Position numbers and translations under genes: made by a program
Part shown: in pieces, positions 28,287 through 41,889 of the stretch
Position numbering within the stretch: the stretch's first letter is position 1
Layout: every line of letters begins with the position of its first letter
The notes under the pieces: model-generated
Told to the model about the DNA's origin: nothing
Database searches by the model: none
The model's input: the letters and a program-made list of their open reading frames with translations, nothing else
Assembly: GCA_951406725.2 (NCBI GenBank)
Contig: OX597824.1
Span: 77,872,001-77,936,000 of the forward strand
Length of the DNA: 64,000 nt
Direction: 5' to 3'
Source of the DNA: Octopus vulgaris
Taxonomy: Eukaryota

Positions 28287-28628
28287 ATGTGAAGGCGCAT
28301 GGCTCAGTGGTTAGAGCATCGAGCTTACCATCGTGAGGTTGTGAGCTCGAATCCCGGACCGGGCTGCGTGTTGTGTTCTTGAGCAAGGCACTTTATTTCA
28401 CATTGCTCCAGTTCACTCAGCTGTAGAAATGCGACGTCACTGGTGCCAAGCTGTATCGGTTTTTGTCTTTCCCTTGGATAACACTGGTGGCGTGGAGAGG
28501 GGAAGCTGGTATGCATGGGCGACTGCTGGTCTTCCATAAACAACCTTGCCCGGACTTGTGTCTAGGGGGGTAACTTTCTAGGTGCAATCCCATGGTCAGT
28601 CATGACCGAAGGGGGTCTTTACCCCTTT
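28287..28628 (+). mobile_element. tRNA-derived SINE family C2 with 12-bp TSD
   Basis: GGCGCATGGCTCAGTGGTTAGAGC..GAGCTCGAATCCC; TSD ACAGAGCATTCA at 28275-28286 and 28629-28640. Confidence 0.92.
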
Positions 28629-28983
28629 ACAGAGCATTCATATCTGTCAAGTTGTATGTCACTGCTAAAGTATCATGTTCATTCTTTTCGCATTTTGATA
28701 TATATTTACATTTATTCTTCATTATCTCCCATTTCTTATGTATTGGAAAGTATGTTTCATATATGTTCTGTATTGTTATTTTTTGTACATTGATATTTAT
28801 TCCTGTAACTCAATAAATTCACCAGAGAGAAAGAAGAAAAATAACAGTCAGGAATACAACTATATGTGTGTGTGTGTGTGTGTGTGGGTGTGTATGTATG
28901 TATGTATGTATGTATGTATGTATGTATGCGTATGTATAAAATGATACAAGCACAAACACACACATATATATACAGGGCCAATC

Positions 28984-29025
<42 letters not shown>

Positions 29026-29095
29026 GCAAGCACATGTATATATCTATAAATATATATGTATGTAATGTATATGTGTGTGTGTGCGTAAGCGTGTG

Positions 29096-29178
<83 letters not shown>

Positions 29179-29181
29179 TAT

Positions 29182-29263
<82 letters not shown>

Positions 29264-29284
29264 GTATATATACACACACACATA

Positions 29285-29640
29285 GTTGAAATTACAGAAA
29301 AATGTAAAAAGAAGACATGTGTATAAACAACAAGAAGGTGTATTAGTTTGATGTTCGGGAAGGTGAGAAATTATTGTACGTTGCGAACCTACGCTCTTCA
29401 ACAAAAAGGAACGCGAGGAAATAAAGAGAGAGAATGAAAACAAAAAACTTGTGGATTTAGTGGCGTATAATTGGTGACTGGTTGGAAAAAGGTAGTTGGA
29501 CAGGAAAGCTAGGAAGGAGGCAAGGTAATAACGTACTGGTGATCCCAAAACGAAGTTGCGCGTGCTTGTGTGTATGTGAGAGTGTGTAAGTGAGTAAGCG
29601 TGGATAGGGGCTTGTGACTATGACGTGTAGATATGTAGCA
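29285..29640 (-). mobile_element. Degenerate Neptune-type pseudo-LTR with decayed hammerhead (29372-29409)
   Basis: Reverse complement TTGTTGAAGAGCGTAGGTTCGCAACGTA; flanks match 11700-11885 and 37100-37300. Confidence 0.7.
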
Positions 29641-29774
29641 GGCACAAATTTTTATCCCACGAATAATATGAACTTCTTTACCCCCTTACTTAGCGGTCAT
29701 TCAAATAGCTCTTTTGACTTTACAGTAACTTCCCTTTGTATAACGGTCATTTAGCTCGCTAAGATAAATATTTC

Positions 29775-29849
29775 AATTACCTGAAGATTGACTGTAACCA
29801 TAACTCGAATTATTACGAATTGGACAGCCATGAAACGATCGTAGTGTTT
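29775..29849 (+). ncRNA. Type I hammerhead ribozyme with palindromic stem III (predicted cleavage after 29843)
   Basis: CTGAAGA 29781-29787; stem II TGACTGT/ACAGCCA with an inner hairpin; GAA-ACGATCGT-A; imperfect stem I AATTAC/GTGTTT. About 225 nt upstream of (TA)n; 3' end also present inverted at 26857-26935. Confidence 0.78.
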
Positions 29850-30066
29850 TACTCATTATCTTTTATTAAACTTATAATACTTTTGATATATATTTAAAAT
29901 AATATAAATTAATTAATTTTATATATTGGCTTAAGTTTTTCATTGTTTGATTTTCCTAATAGTGGTTTTATCTCTAATTTAATATAATATGATATTTTAC
30001 TATAAAATTGGATTCAATCCTAAATCTGATTTTTCCCTGTAAGTTTGGATTTATTCCCTAATATTT

Positions 30067-30149
<83 letters not shown>

Positions 30150-30440
30150 CGTAAATACTTACACGTATTTGTTACACACATACATATAAATACGAATATT
30201 GGCTTACCTAAAATGTGTGTGTGTGTGTGCGTGCATGAATGTAAATGCAAATAGCGAAGTACGCACAAACACATACACACACACTTACACAGAGAATGCA
30301 GATTTTTTATACACAGGTAAATGTAAGTAAATGTACTTAGTTAATGTTCTTTGATGCTAACATAGCGGAAATATGTACCTAATTACTGTCTATCTGTTAA
30401 TCCATACGTTTAGAATTTTTTCTTCGGAATAGTAAGTATC

Positions 30441-30560
<120 letters not shown>

Positions 30561-30690
30561 AGGAGTGATACATATTTTTATACATACGCACATACATACA
30601 TATATATATATATACATAAATATATTGTATATATATATATATATATATGCGTATTTTAGCTGTATATATATCTGTCTCTCTTTCTCTCTT

Positions 30691-30723
<33 letters not shown>

Positions 30724-31859
30724 GCACATACATACGCACACGCGCACACACACAGGCGAGCGCACACACACACATATTATATTTTTATATACAAATAAAT
30801 ATATAAATATGTACATATATATGTTTGTGTACGTGTGCGTGTGTGTGTGTGGTTGTATGAATGTTTATTTATAGTAAGCTAATAAATTATTTGAAAGTAG
30901 GAATTAATTGTTAGTCTGGTATTTTATTCATATATTGTTATTGTTTATTATTATTATTGTAATTCTTCTTCTTATTTTTTTAAATTTTTATTATTAACAT
31001 TATTATTGTAGTTATTTGTGTTCTTTTTTCCTTTGTTTTTGTCATTGACTTTAATGGCAGCCATTTTCTCATTGTTATTATCTATCTATCAATCTATCTA
31101 TATATATATATATACATATATATATATACATATATATACATACATACATGCGTGCATAGATACATGTAAATGAATATGCATAAATATATATCGGGACGGG
31201 TGTATGTATATATATATTTACTCAATACGGAACTCAGGATATAACAGAACATCGCCTAAGAAGTAATAGTAAATTTTAATAGTAACTGCTATTCGTAAGG
31301 TTGTATTTACATATACATAGACATATATATACATATACATATATACAATCTATGTATATTGATATATATGTGTATATATATGTATACAGATACAGAGATA
31401 TATATGTCTGTTTCTGTGTACTTGTGTATTTGTACGTGTACATAGACAGGTAATCAAAAAAGTTTCGGCTGAAAATTTATTATTGGAGTTGTTGGGATAT
31501 AATAAGGTGTTGACTGAACTTCGCGTTATTTAAAGTTTCTCAAACATTGTTTGCGCCTATAACTTCAGATATGCGGAGCCACAGTGGAAGTCACTTCCGA
31601 TGTTTGACGATCAGGAATCTGTTGTTTGATTAACTTAAGGACCTGATCTCAAATATACGCTTAATTGGTTGAGTTCTTCACACACTAATTACCTTTAAAG
31701 CTATAGTCATGCTAAACCAGTTTGACATAGTTGTGTGAAGTTGAGCTACATGTAACATACAGTATTTTTCAAGAAATCTGAAACTGCCGACCGTCGATCA
31801 GAAGATCAAGAGCTGAACCTCTAGGCCACTCAACTCACATTCTTCACACTCTCTGCCAC

Positions 31860-31922
<63 letters not shown>

Positions 31923-32034
31923 TATCTATATATATATATATATATACTTCTATGCATATATGTATACATTCACACAAAGACATACACACAGATAAGCTCA
32001 CGCAACGGGCTCACACGTATACTCATACATATGA

Positions 32035-32085
<51 letters not shown>

Positions 32086-32088
32086 GAC

Positions 32089-32119
<31 letters not shown>

Positions 32120-32318
32120 AATACATATATATATATACATCTCTCTCTCTCTCTCTCTCTCTGTATATATATATATATATATATAAACATTCAGCAAAAA
32201 ATTTGATTCAGATGAATATGGTACTTAAGTTGAGGTACCAGAATTTAACACGGTATTATCCATACAATTTCAAAATAAGGTGATTAAAATCAATATAAGG
32301 TGAGTGTTGCTCATTTTG

Positions 32319-32394
<76 letters not shown>

Positions 32395-32961
32395 TAGATA
32401 AATAAATTGATAGATAGATAGATAGATAGATACACACATATACATACATATATATATATATGTGTGTGTGTGTGTGTATATATGTGTGTGTGTGTGTATG
32501 TGTATGTGTGTATCTGTTTGTGTCTCTGTGTGTACATATATGTATAAAGAATGTTGGTTAGAATGAAAACAATGAAATTCTTACACCATGAAATATGTAC
32601 AATGGTATTAATATTAAAAGCGCAACGACTGTTCATGTCATTGCTTATAAGATTAAAAGATACAGAATGGTCTATTCGGGAAAGTTAGTCTGCAGAGAAT
32701 TTATAAAAAGCATTGGATAAATATCAATTTAATGTTCATTATCTTCATTGTGTGTGTTTGGCTTTCTGCCGACTAAGTGTTAGAATCTTCTTAACAAATG
32801 GATAACTGTTTATGAGATGTTTTAGTATAGACAGAAGCAGAAAATATGTAGAAGGAAAAATTGTTTAGGTAATTACTAGTATGTGTTTGTATGCACGTGT
32901 GACTTTTTCTGAGTGTACTTGTGTGCGTTTCTCTGTGTGTAGGTGAGATATTGAGGATATA

Positions 32962-33697
32962 CAGTACCGTACGGAAATATTCGTCCACTTTAAATTATTG
33001 TAAATTTCTACTAATTGCCAGCTTATAAGTGGATGTTTCGTATTGCGTTTTTTAGAGATGAAACATTGGTCCTGTTAGAGTCCTTTCCATACCTAATTGA
33101 TATATTTTGTAATAAGGATTCTGAATGAGAGGGGAAGTTGCGAGACGATCTTTAAAAATGGCCGTGCAAAAGTTTTCGGCCAGCTCACATAAGCCAATCA
33201 TAGTACAGTGTTTTGAAAGAGAAAAGTGTCTATGATAAAAATTTATTACATTATGTTCATTCCAAAATAGTTATTGTACTTTGTTAGTATTTCTTGTGGC
33301 TTCCCTTAGCGAGCAACACAACAGAGTCTGGCTGATGAAGGTGTTTCCAAATTGAAAGATTGGCCAGGTCAGAGCCCTGATTTAAATATCATCGAGCAAA
33401 TGTGGACAGAACTAAAGAGAAGAGTTCGTTAGAAGAATACATGCAATCTTGAAGAGATATGGAAGCTTAGCCACAGAGAATGGCATCTCATACCTGTGAA
33501 GATGGCGAAGGATTTGTGCGCGTTTCTTCTCAGGTGCATTGAAGTGCTTATTATAGCTACGGGAAGCCACACGAAATATTAACAATGTACAGTAACTTCT
33601 GGAAATGAACATTAAGTAATGAATTTTCATTATAGATATTTTTCTCTTTTAAAAGACCGTATCTCGAATAGTTGAAAACGCAACGTGCACGGTACTG
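32962..33697 (+). mobile_element. Non-autonomous Tc1-like element
   Basis: TA-CAGTACCGT..ACGGTACTG-TA ends; internal WPGQSPDLNIIEQMW motif (33361-33405). Confidence 0.85.
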
Positions 33698-34369
33698 TAA
33701 TTTGTGAGACACATAGAAATAGCTTTGCTAATCTTCCAGTTCTGCTTACAATGTCACGTGGAAAAGTACAAAATTTTATTTACTTTGTTAATCTCCACGC
33801 GACAATGTAAATAACTTTTAGTTAGTAGGACCTGAGGATTAGCCAAGCTTGTATGTATGTTACTAAATATGACGAACATTGTTCATAGCTATGAAATGAT
33901 TGTAATCGGTGTTTTAACTGTTCCATTCCTTACATACTCCGATTATTATACACATTTTAAGCAAATTTCATTATTAAATCATGAACTGTATGGCAACTAT
34001 CAAGTTAGTGAATTTTCCTCTGATTTCAACATTGGCACGAAGTGTGTAAATTTCGATGTTAATAAACATATTTTAAGGTATATTGTACAACTTTTGTCAT
34101 CGGTAATAGCTGCATAGATGCTTAAAGCTTACCAACTTCCTACGCCTGGATCCCTGGATCATACACACCTATTACTCCCCTCGTGCTCTCTCTCCCCTGT
34201 CTCGCTCACTCCTTTCTCTCCTCTCTTTCTAAACACACACATATATATATATATATATTTATATATGGGAGGTAATATAGTGACATATGATATAATTACC
34301 TACCTCTCTATCTATTCTTTTATGCATTTAACTGTCAATATATATATATATATATATATATCGGTGTTG

Positions 34370-35410
34370 CAGTGATTGGATCTCATTCGTGAAGAAGCTT
34401 TCATCCTGTTAGTCAAAAATTCATGAATAGCTGCTATGAAATCATAATGATTATCAGCCAAGTATTTTTTTCAAGATGAAGAATAGATAATAGACAGATG
34501 GAGCCAAATCAGGACAACAGGCTGGGTTATCAACCAGTTCAATGCTACGGTTATGCACAACAGCCATCGAAACGAAGAACTTGTGTGCTGGAACATTGTC
34601 CTGATGAAACAAGACCCATTTCATCACTTTTCCAGGACGTTTGGTTTGGTTAGCGTTTCGTAACTACCTCGGAAATTTGGTGTAGTACTTTTCATCGGTG
34701 GTTGGTCCTTTGTAAGATAGTGAATAAACACAATGACATTCACATACTAAATAACTGAGGCCATTACTTTCCTTGCAGATGAAACTACCTTGGCCTCCTT
34801 TGGAGGTGAGGAAGGATGATTTCTCTACAAAGATTGTCTCTTTTTCTCTGACTAAAAAGTTCACAGGCTTCAGAGACATTCAAAGAAGCCGACTGGACCT
34901 GCCTCAAAGGTAACCAACTCACCTGTGAGATTTTCACGTTGTGTGGTAAGCCTGGAGCACTTTTGATTAGATGTTAGATGACTCGGCTTCTACCGAATAG
35001 AAACCTTCGTCATGTCGAGTTCATTGTGCAGAATATTCTCAAATCTCTTATGGTATAGATCCTAATAACACTGGCTATTCCATTTATAGTCAATTGCCAG
35101 TCATCTATCACTATGTGGGGAATACGATAAATGTTATCTTACGTAGTGGCAGCTGCAAGACATCCCGAGCTTGGGCCATCTTCAAAATTCCCTCTCTTCC
35201 TCCTAAATTCAGCTGCCCGCTTTTCAACTGTTGAAAAAGCTGGAACGTCTTTGGGGGTTAAAACGTTTTCCGCAGGTAGAGTATATTGCCAATTTGCCAA
35301 ATATTGTCCAAGATCAAGAGAAGTCACTACTAGTTAGCTTTGAAGACTTCCTTGAATAGTGAGATTTCAATTTACTCCGAAAGAAACAATGCAATTATTA
35401 AGATGAATTC
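34370..35410 (-). mobile_element. Decayed mariner transposase
   Basis: Minus-strand LFHQDNVPAHK..ELVD..PDLAPS and N-terminal DVPAFSTVEKRAAEFRRKR..EDGPSSG. Confidence 0.78.
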
Positions 35411-35518
35411 CAATTAATGCATGCAAGATTTTCCAGCTTTAGCATCAGGCATTCATGGTCCTCCTATGAACTCTTCAGCCCACCCTCGTGTGTGTCTATA
35501 TATATATATATATATATT

Positions 35519-37307
35519 ATCTCCAACACCTCTGTCTCCTTCCTCGACATTTCGGTTAGCATTCTTCACTCCACTCTTACCACCTCCATTCACTACAAAC
35601 ACACAGACTCACACTCATACCTCAACTTCTCTTCCTCTCCACCCAGAACGCACCAAGCTTTCCATCCCCTATTCCCAATTCCTCCGTCTACGTAGGCTCT
35701 GTAGTGACGACCATGACTTTGAGACTCAGTCTCAACGTATGGCTCACCACTTCACCCTACGTGGATACCCCCTCACCACTATCCACACCGCCCTTGCCAG
35801 AGCACGGTCCGTGGACCGTGTATCTGCTCTCTCTCCCCGAACCCGCCCTGTAGTCTCCCGCCTCCCTTTCCCCTCAGACCCTTCTCCAACGCACCATTCT
35901 TCGAGCTTTCCGTCATCTCCAGTCCGACCCGTCCACTTCACACCTCTTCCCTAACCGACCCCTCCCCTCTTTCAAACGAGCCCACAACCTTCGAGACCTT
36001 TTGGTCCATAGCTCCTTCCCTGACCCTACCTCCCAACCCGGCTCGTTCCCCTGCTCCCGCCCACGTTGCCGCACTTGCCCTTACCTCTCCAACACCACCC
36101 GCCTCACTAGCACCCACCATCGACCCTATCCCATCATCCACTCATTCACCTGCACCTCCAGCAATATTATCTATTGCGTCTCTTGCTCTCTCTGCAATTC
36201 CTTGTACATCGGACAAACGGGACGCCGCTTGGCTGACCGGTTCGCGGAACACCTTCGTGACATCCACCTTGCGAACGACACACCGGTCTCACGCCATTTC
36301 CGCTCCACCGGTCACTCCTTGCAACACCTATCTGTGTTCGGTTTGTCCTTACACAGAGGCCATCCGGAGTCCCGTTTGCGCCGTGAACAGGAATTAATCT
36401 TCTCTCTTCGCTCTTATACGCCATTTGGTCTCAACTCTCCCCCCTCCTCATCTAACCCCCCTGTCCCCCCTCCTCACCTATCCTTTCCCCCCGACCCCTA
36501 CTTCTTCAGTCCTTCATCCTTTCACCCCTACTCCCCTTCCCTTCTTCCCTCTTTCTCCCTCCTTCCCTCTTCCCTCTGCTCCCTCACTCCCCTTCTCTTT
36601 CCCCCTCCCCCTATTTCCTCCTTCCTCCCCCCCTCCTCCCCCCCTTCCTTCTCCCCTCCTCTCCTATTCCCCCCTCTCCTCCCCCTCTTCTTCCCCTCCC
36701 ATTCTCTCCCCCTCTTCTCCCCCTCCCCCTCTTCTCCTCACTACACCACACGACTTTACACATCACATCATATATGATGTGCCATACTAATACATACACC
36801 AACTAATACATACTAATACGTACTAATACATACTAATACATACTAATACATACACCAACCCTATACATACACACGTCCAGACTCCTCATACGCACTTATA
36901 CTCTCTCATACACACACACACACACTTATACATACTAATACGCACTAATACATACTAATACATACACCAACCCCATACATACGCCTGTCCAGACCTATCC
37001 TAGGGTCATTCAACCCTATTATCAACCCTATTATCTTCCCTTATTTCGCTCTCGCGTCTCATGTTTGATCTTTGACCTCTGGCCGAAATCAGATCGCCAT
37101 GTTGATTCGTTAGTTACTGCACGCATTTTTTTTCTCTCCTTCTTTCTGTGTTTTTTTTTCTCTCTGTGTATCTTTCTGTTGAAGAGCGTAGGCTCGAAAC
37201 GTTAAAGACTTGTTTTATTTATATTTCCTGAGCGCCATACTAATACAATTGTTTGTTTGTTTTCCCACCTGCCTTCGTCTTTTGTCTATTTTCATAAAGC
37301 TTCCCGT
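35519..37307 (+). mobile_element. Neptune-type PLE 3' half (RT end, Zn-linker, GIY-YIG, pyrimidine-rich 3' UTR, pseudo-LTR), bounded by (TA)n on both sides
   Basis: SIPYSQFLRLRRLCS..RGYP; PCSRPRCRTC..FTCTSSNIIYCVSCSLCNSLYIGQTGRRLADRFAEH..HF..EQELIFSL..GLN. Confidence 0.93.
37171..37208 (+). ncRNA. Minimal hammerhead ribozyme motif with atypical CUGUUGA core (predicted cleavage after 37203)
   Basis: Stem I TCTTT/AAAGA; CTGTTGA-A; stem II GAGC-gtag-GCTC; GAA-ACGT-T. Confidence 0.72.
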
Positions 37308-37350
<43 letters not shown>

Positions 37351-37613
37351 ATACGTATGTGTGTGTGTGTGTGTGTGGTGTGTGCGTCTGTGTGTGAGTT
37401 AGTGTGTGTATGTGTGTGTGTGTTTGGTGTGTGTATACATACATATATAGATATAGATAGACAAACAGAGAGACAGACAGACAGATAGAAAGATAGATAG
37501 ATAGAGAGACAAGCAGACAGACAGATAGATAGATAGATAGATAGAAACTTCTTGTCTGTTTTTGTTTCGCAAAACAAAGAGCAAAAATAGAACTCATATA
37601 TGTATAGAACTGC

Positions 37614-37671
<58 letters not shown>

Positions 37672-37685
37672 ACACACACACACAC

Positions 37686-37756
<71 letters not shown>

Positions 37757-38635
37757 TAATTTTTTTCTTTATGATCTGGTACAAAGTTGCACAAACCAAT
37801 CGAGGGCAGAGGACTTCATCCAGTACTTAAATCTCTCACTATTTGTATCTCTTCTGTAACTTTTCGCTATTCAACAAAATATGTAAATTCACACACACTT
37901 GTGTGTGTATGTGTATGTGTGTGTGTGTGAGCACGCACGTACTTCGTCCTTGCCGAAGGATATATACGGAACAATTCAATTTACATAAATAATGCCCTGT
38001 TGGCGATATATTCAAATTAATGAATTGTGAGTTAAACAGCGTTCATTCTCTATTGAATCTAATTGCAAGGTAAAAGTTTCTTGCAACACACCGGAGTTCT
38101 TCGTATATTGTGACTTACATAGACAAAGATTTTTTATTCATTTAGTACAATAAATTTATTTATTTAGTCATTTTTTTCAACTTTTTACATTATCTCTGTG
38201 GACAAAACAAATGGTTCTATTTGAGCTGTTTCACGTCATTGTGTTGTTTTTTTTATTCTCGATAGACTCATAATAACATTTGATCTTCCGGCACATTGAA
38301 ATACTGTTGATAGCAACACAGATTCAGCAGATTTAATGAGTTACTCGAACCAATTAATGTTGTTTGCATAAATAGAGGTCTGTTACGGTTTTAATGTAAT
38401 CAATTAATTAACTGTGCATTTATCGTTCAGTTTGTGATACACTAACACATACATACATGTATGTATGCATGTATGTATGCATGTATGTATGCATGTATGT
38501 ATGCATGTATGTATGCATGTATGTATGCATATATGTATGTATGTGTGTGTATATATACATGTATATATAAATACACATATGTATATGAGTACATATGCAT
38601 ACACACACAAAGATAGATATATATACATATATATG

Positions 38636-38666
<31 letters not shown>

Positions 38667-38672
38667 GGATAT

Positions 38673-38720
<48 letters not shown>

Positions 38721-38770
38721 ATATATGTATATATATTATATATTTATATATATATATATATACATATATT

Positions 38771-38847
<77 letters not shown>

Positions 38848-38872
38848 GTATGTATGTATGTATGTATATAAA

Positions 38873-39300
38873 TCCTTAAATCCTTTAAAATGTTTTAGCC
38901 CGAAGGCCGCGGCCATGCTTGGGCACCACCGCTGAATGAGCTACACTAATTTGTGAATCCACCTCTGATACGTGGTACTTGATCAACAAGGGAGTTCGAT
39001 GCTGCTGCCCGCATCTGTGTCTCCTGTCGTGAGGTAGGTTCATCTGGGACTCCCGACAAGAAGAGATCCAGTTTAGTTTTAAAGAAACCCACATCCACAC
39101 CATGCAAGTCTCTCAGGCATTTAGGGAGGATGTTAAAGAGCTGTGGTCCTCTGAAACCCAAGCTGTTGCAGTATCTAGTCCTGTACTTTCATGGTGATGT
39201 TAGAATCTTTGGCACCATGCAGTGGCGCCCCGTTCTGCGGTTGGGGTAACTTTGAATGCCAAAGTTTGGGACAAGACCCTCCAGGATTTTCCAGATGTAT
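38873..39300 (-). mobile_element. CR1/L2-group LINE 3' end with stem-loop and short tandem tail
   Basis: FRGPQLFNILPKCLRD..FFKTKLDLFLSGVPDEP..AASNSLVDQ; tail GCATGGCCGCGGCCTTCGGGCTAAAAC(ATTTAAGG)n. Confidence 0.82.
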
Positions 39301-39304
39301 ATCA

Positions 39305-39355
<51 letters not shown>

Positions 39356-39359
39356 TATA

Positions 39360-39402
39360 TATTATTATTTAATTCATATATATTATCCATTTCCAAGTAA
39401 GG

Positions 39403-39450
<48 letters not shown>

Positions 39451-39494
39451 CCTTACTTGGAAATGGATGCGTCGCTGTGAATTAAATAATAATA
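39360..39494. repeat. Inverted repeat centred on a (TA)n run
   Basis: ATCCATTTCCAAGTAAGGAAAT (39385-39406) and ATTTCCTTACTTGGAAATGGAT (39447-39468), plus outer TATTATTATTTAATTCA/TGAATTAAATAATAATA. Confidence 0.93.
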
Positions 39495-39808
39495 AATAAT
39501 ATATTCAACGACAATATCAGAATTCAGACAGTTTCTCCCATAAATTTTAAAATAACGTTTAGGATTTACGATGGGTCAAAGTTGGGAACAAAAAATGACA
39601 GTGAAGACATACAAGGAAACCGAACGAAAACATGTAGGGTCGTTAGGCCAGAACGAGAGGAAAATAATGAACGCTAGAAGAAACATGTTTTTGAACAAAG
39701 GAGTGGATAGACAGACGACAACTGATGAAGGGTATTTTTCAGAGTTTACTTGTCCTGTTTTACATTTTTCTCGTTATTCACGCATTTCCTGTTATTTGCA
39801 ATAATATT

Positions 39809-39881
<73 letters not shown>

Positions 39882-40309
39882 AGTTGAACTGTCTAAAGTC
39901 GTAAGACACCCGCTGTTTTTGTCATTTTATTACTATTATTGTTTTTTGTATTTATATTCGTGTGGCATCATCCGTTTTTCTGTCCTTGTTTCGTATACAT
40001 TCGATCTTTTTTCCAAGAAATCTAATGCTCGTAGCTTAGTTTTTCCTTGGGGCTGGCCGGATCGGATCGATCTCAAGATTAATCAGCCGAAATTGAGAGG
40101 ATGATCCGGTTCTTGACTGAAGATTAGAGGCTTCGAATGACCCGTCCCATGTTTGTGTCGTCTCTTTGAGTGTTTTGCGTTCTTGTCCCATTTTGTATTT
40201 TTATATATATATTTTTATACATATATATATATATATAGATATAAACAAATAAAAAGAAGCTAATCTTGATTAGTATGTAGCTATTTCATCGTTTTAATTC
40301 TGATGGAGA

Positions 40310-40460
40310 CGTTCTGAAAAGTGCTATAACAGGTGACGAAAGAAGGGTATATATTTATGTTGTCAGAACAAAACTTAACCGTCGCAGCGAGTTAAATAAT
40401 CGTCGCCGCAACAGAAAAATGTAAACCATAGTTGCTCAAACATGGAAGTGATATCGGTCG
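40310..40460 (+). pseudogene. Small mariner transposase remnant
   Basis: ITGDE.RVYIY motif (ITGDETWVY-like). Confidence 0.45.
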
Positions 40461-41102
40461 TATTTTTCAAAAGGAAAGGCGAGTTGTAATCGAATAAGCA
40501 CGTGGCCAAAATTTGGCAGATTGTTTAGAAATTAAAATTGTTATACCGAAGTACAATTCGATTCAAATATATACAACATATATATTTAGGGATTTAATAT
40601 AAAAACTCTAATTTTCAGACCTATGTTCCAAACTTTAGTCCAAGAGATGATATATTGCAAATTAAATATAACTTTGGGAATTTTATATGAAAATTCTAAT
40701 TTTCATACCTATGTTCTAAACCTTTCGCCATGATTATATCTTGAACATTTCAGAGAGACAATTGGATGGAAAAAAACTGAAGGTATAAACAAATAAAACT
40801 GAGCAGTTGCACAACTCGTTCGCCCGTCACCGTGCTTCCTTGGTTTACTCTTTGCGGTAGAATTTATACCTAAATTTGAAATTCTCTCTGAAAGATGATT
40901 GATTTTTAGATAGTAGATGACATCAAAGATAATTGGTTATGGAAGAGGAAGCGTACCAAAACTGAGAAACCATTGGAAATAGTGTGTCAACCATGCTGGA
41001 AGCCTGGGGATTTTTTTGAAGCACTTAAAACTAAATACATTGTGCATGAGATTGATAATTTGTTTTTCATAAGTTCTGCTTATTTTCGAAGAAAACTTCG
41101 AG

Positions 41103-41150
<48 letters not shown>

Positions 41151-41175
41151 TATATATATATATATAAATTATATT

Positions 41176-41523
41176 GAGGTGGAAATAGCACAGAAGTAAA
41201 TATAAGACGTTTCACTTTAGAAAGAATTTAATAAAATGATTTAAAAATCATATAAAGAAAGTATAGAAAAAAATACCCGCTTCGATGATGAATCTTATCT
41301 TATCAAATATTAGTAAAAATTTATCTTCTGTCTGGGGGTCAAAAGTGTTTGACACCTACACAGAAGATAAACTGTTTTACTTCAAATTTTTATAAATTTT
41401 TACTAATATTCATCATCGAAACCGGTAAATTTCTATATTTTCTTTATATGATTTTTAAATCATTCTATTAAATTCTTTCTAATGTGAAATGTCTCCGGTT
41501 TACGTCAGTGCTATTTCCACCTC
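41176..41523. repeat. Diverged fold-back palindrome (about 348 bp, 4-nt loop) between (TA)n runs with a decayed hammerhead signature
   Basis: GAGGTGGAAATAGCAC..ATGATTTAAAAATCATATAAAGAAA vs TTTCTTTATATGATTTTTAAATCAT..GTGCTATTTCCACCTC; apex GTCAAA-agtg-TTTGAC; GAA-ACCGGT-A near 41418. Confidence 0.9.
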
Positions 41524-41597
41524 CGTCTTTTATATATGAAAATTTGATTTGCATCGATCTCTTCTAATACTTCTTCAACCCGTATATATGTATATGC

Positions 41598-41663
<66 letters not shown>

Positions 41664-41889
41664 CACACCACACACATACGTTTTTACCGTCAGAGAATTA
41701 TTTTTCAGAAGGTAACTGCAGCGAATATGTTTTTAAGATTTGGAATGTCACAAATTTTTACTTATGCGTAAACACTGTGGATACTGATGTAATTTATTCT
41801 GACTTGGCAGTCGAATGGCGCAACAAGATCGATGTGTTTTAGTTAATGCCACGGTTTTAATTAAGTCTGTAGAGTTGCCTGTCTACAGT

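Noticed and set aside
33330-33362. CTGATGA..GAAA hammerhead-like match
   Set aside because: Lies within Tc1 transposase coding remnant; no stem I or stem III closure.
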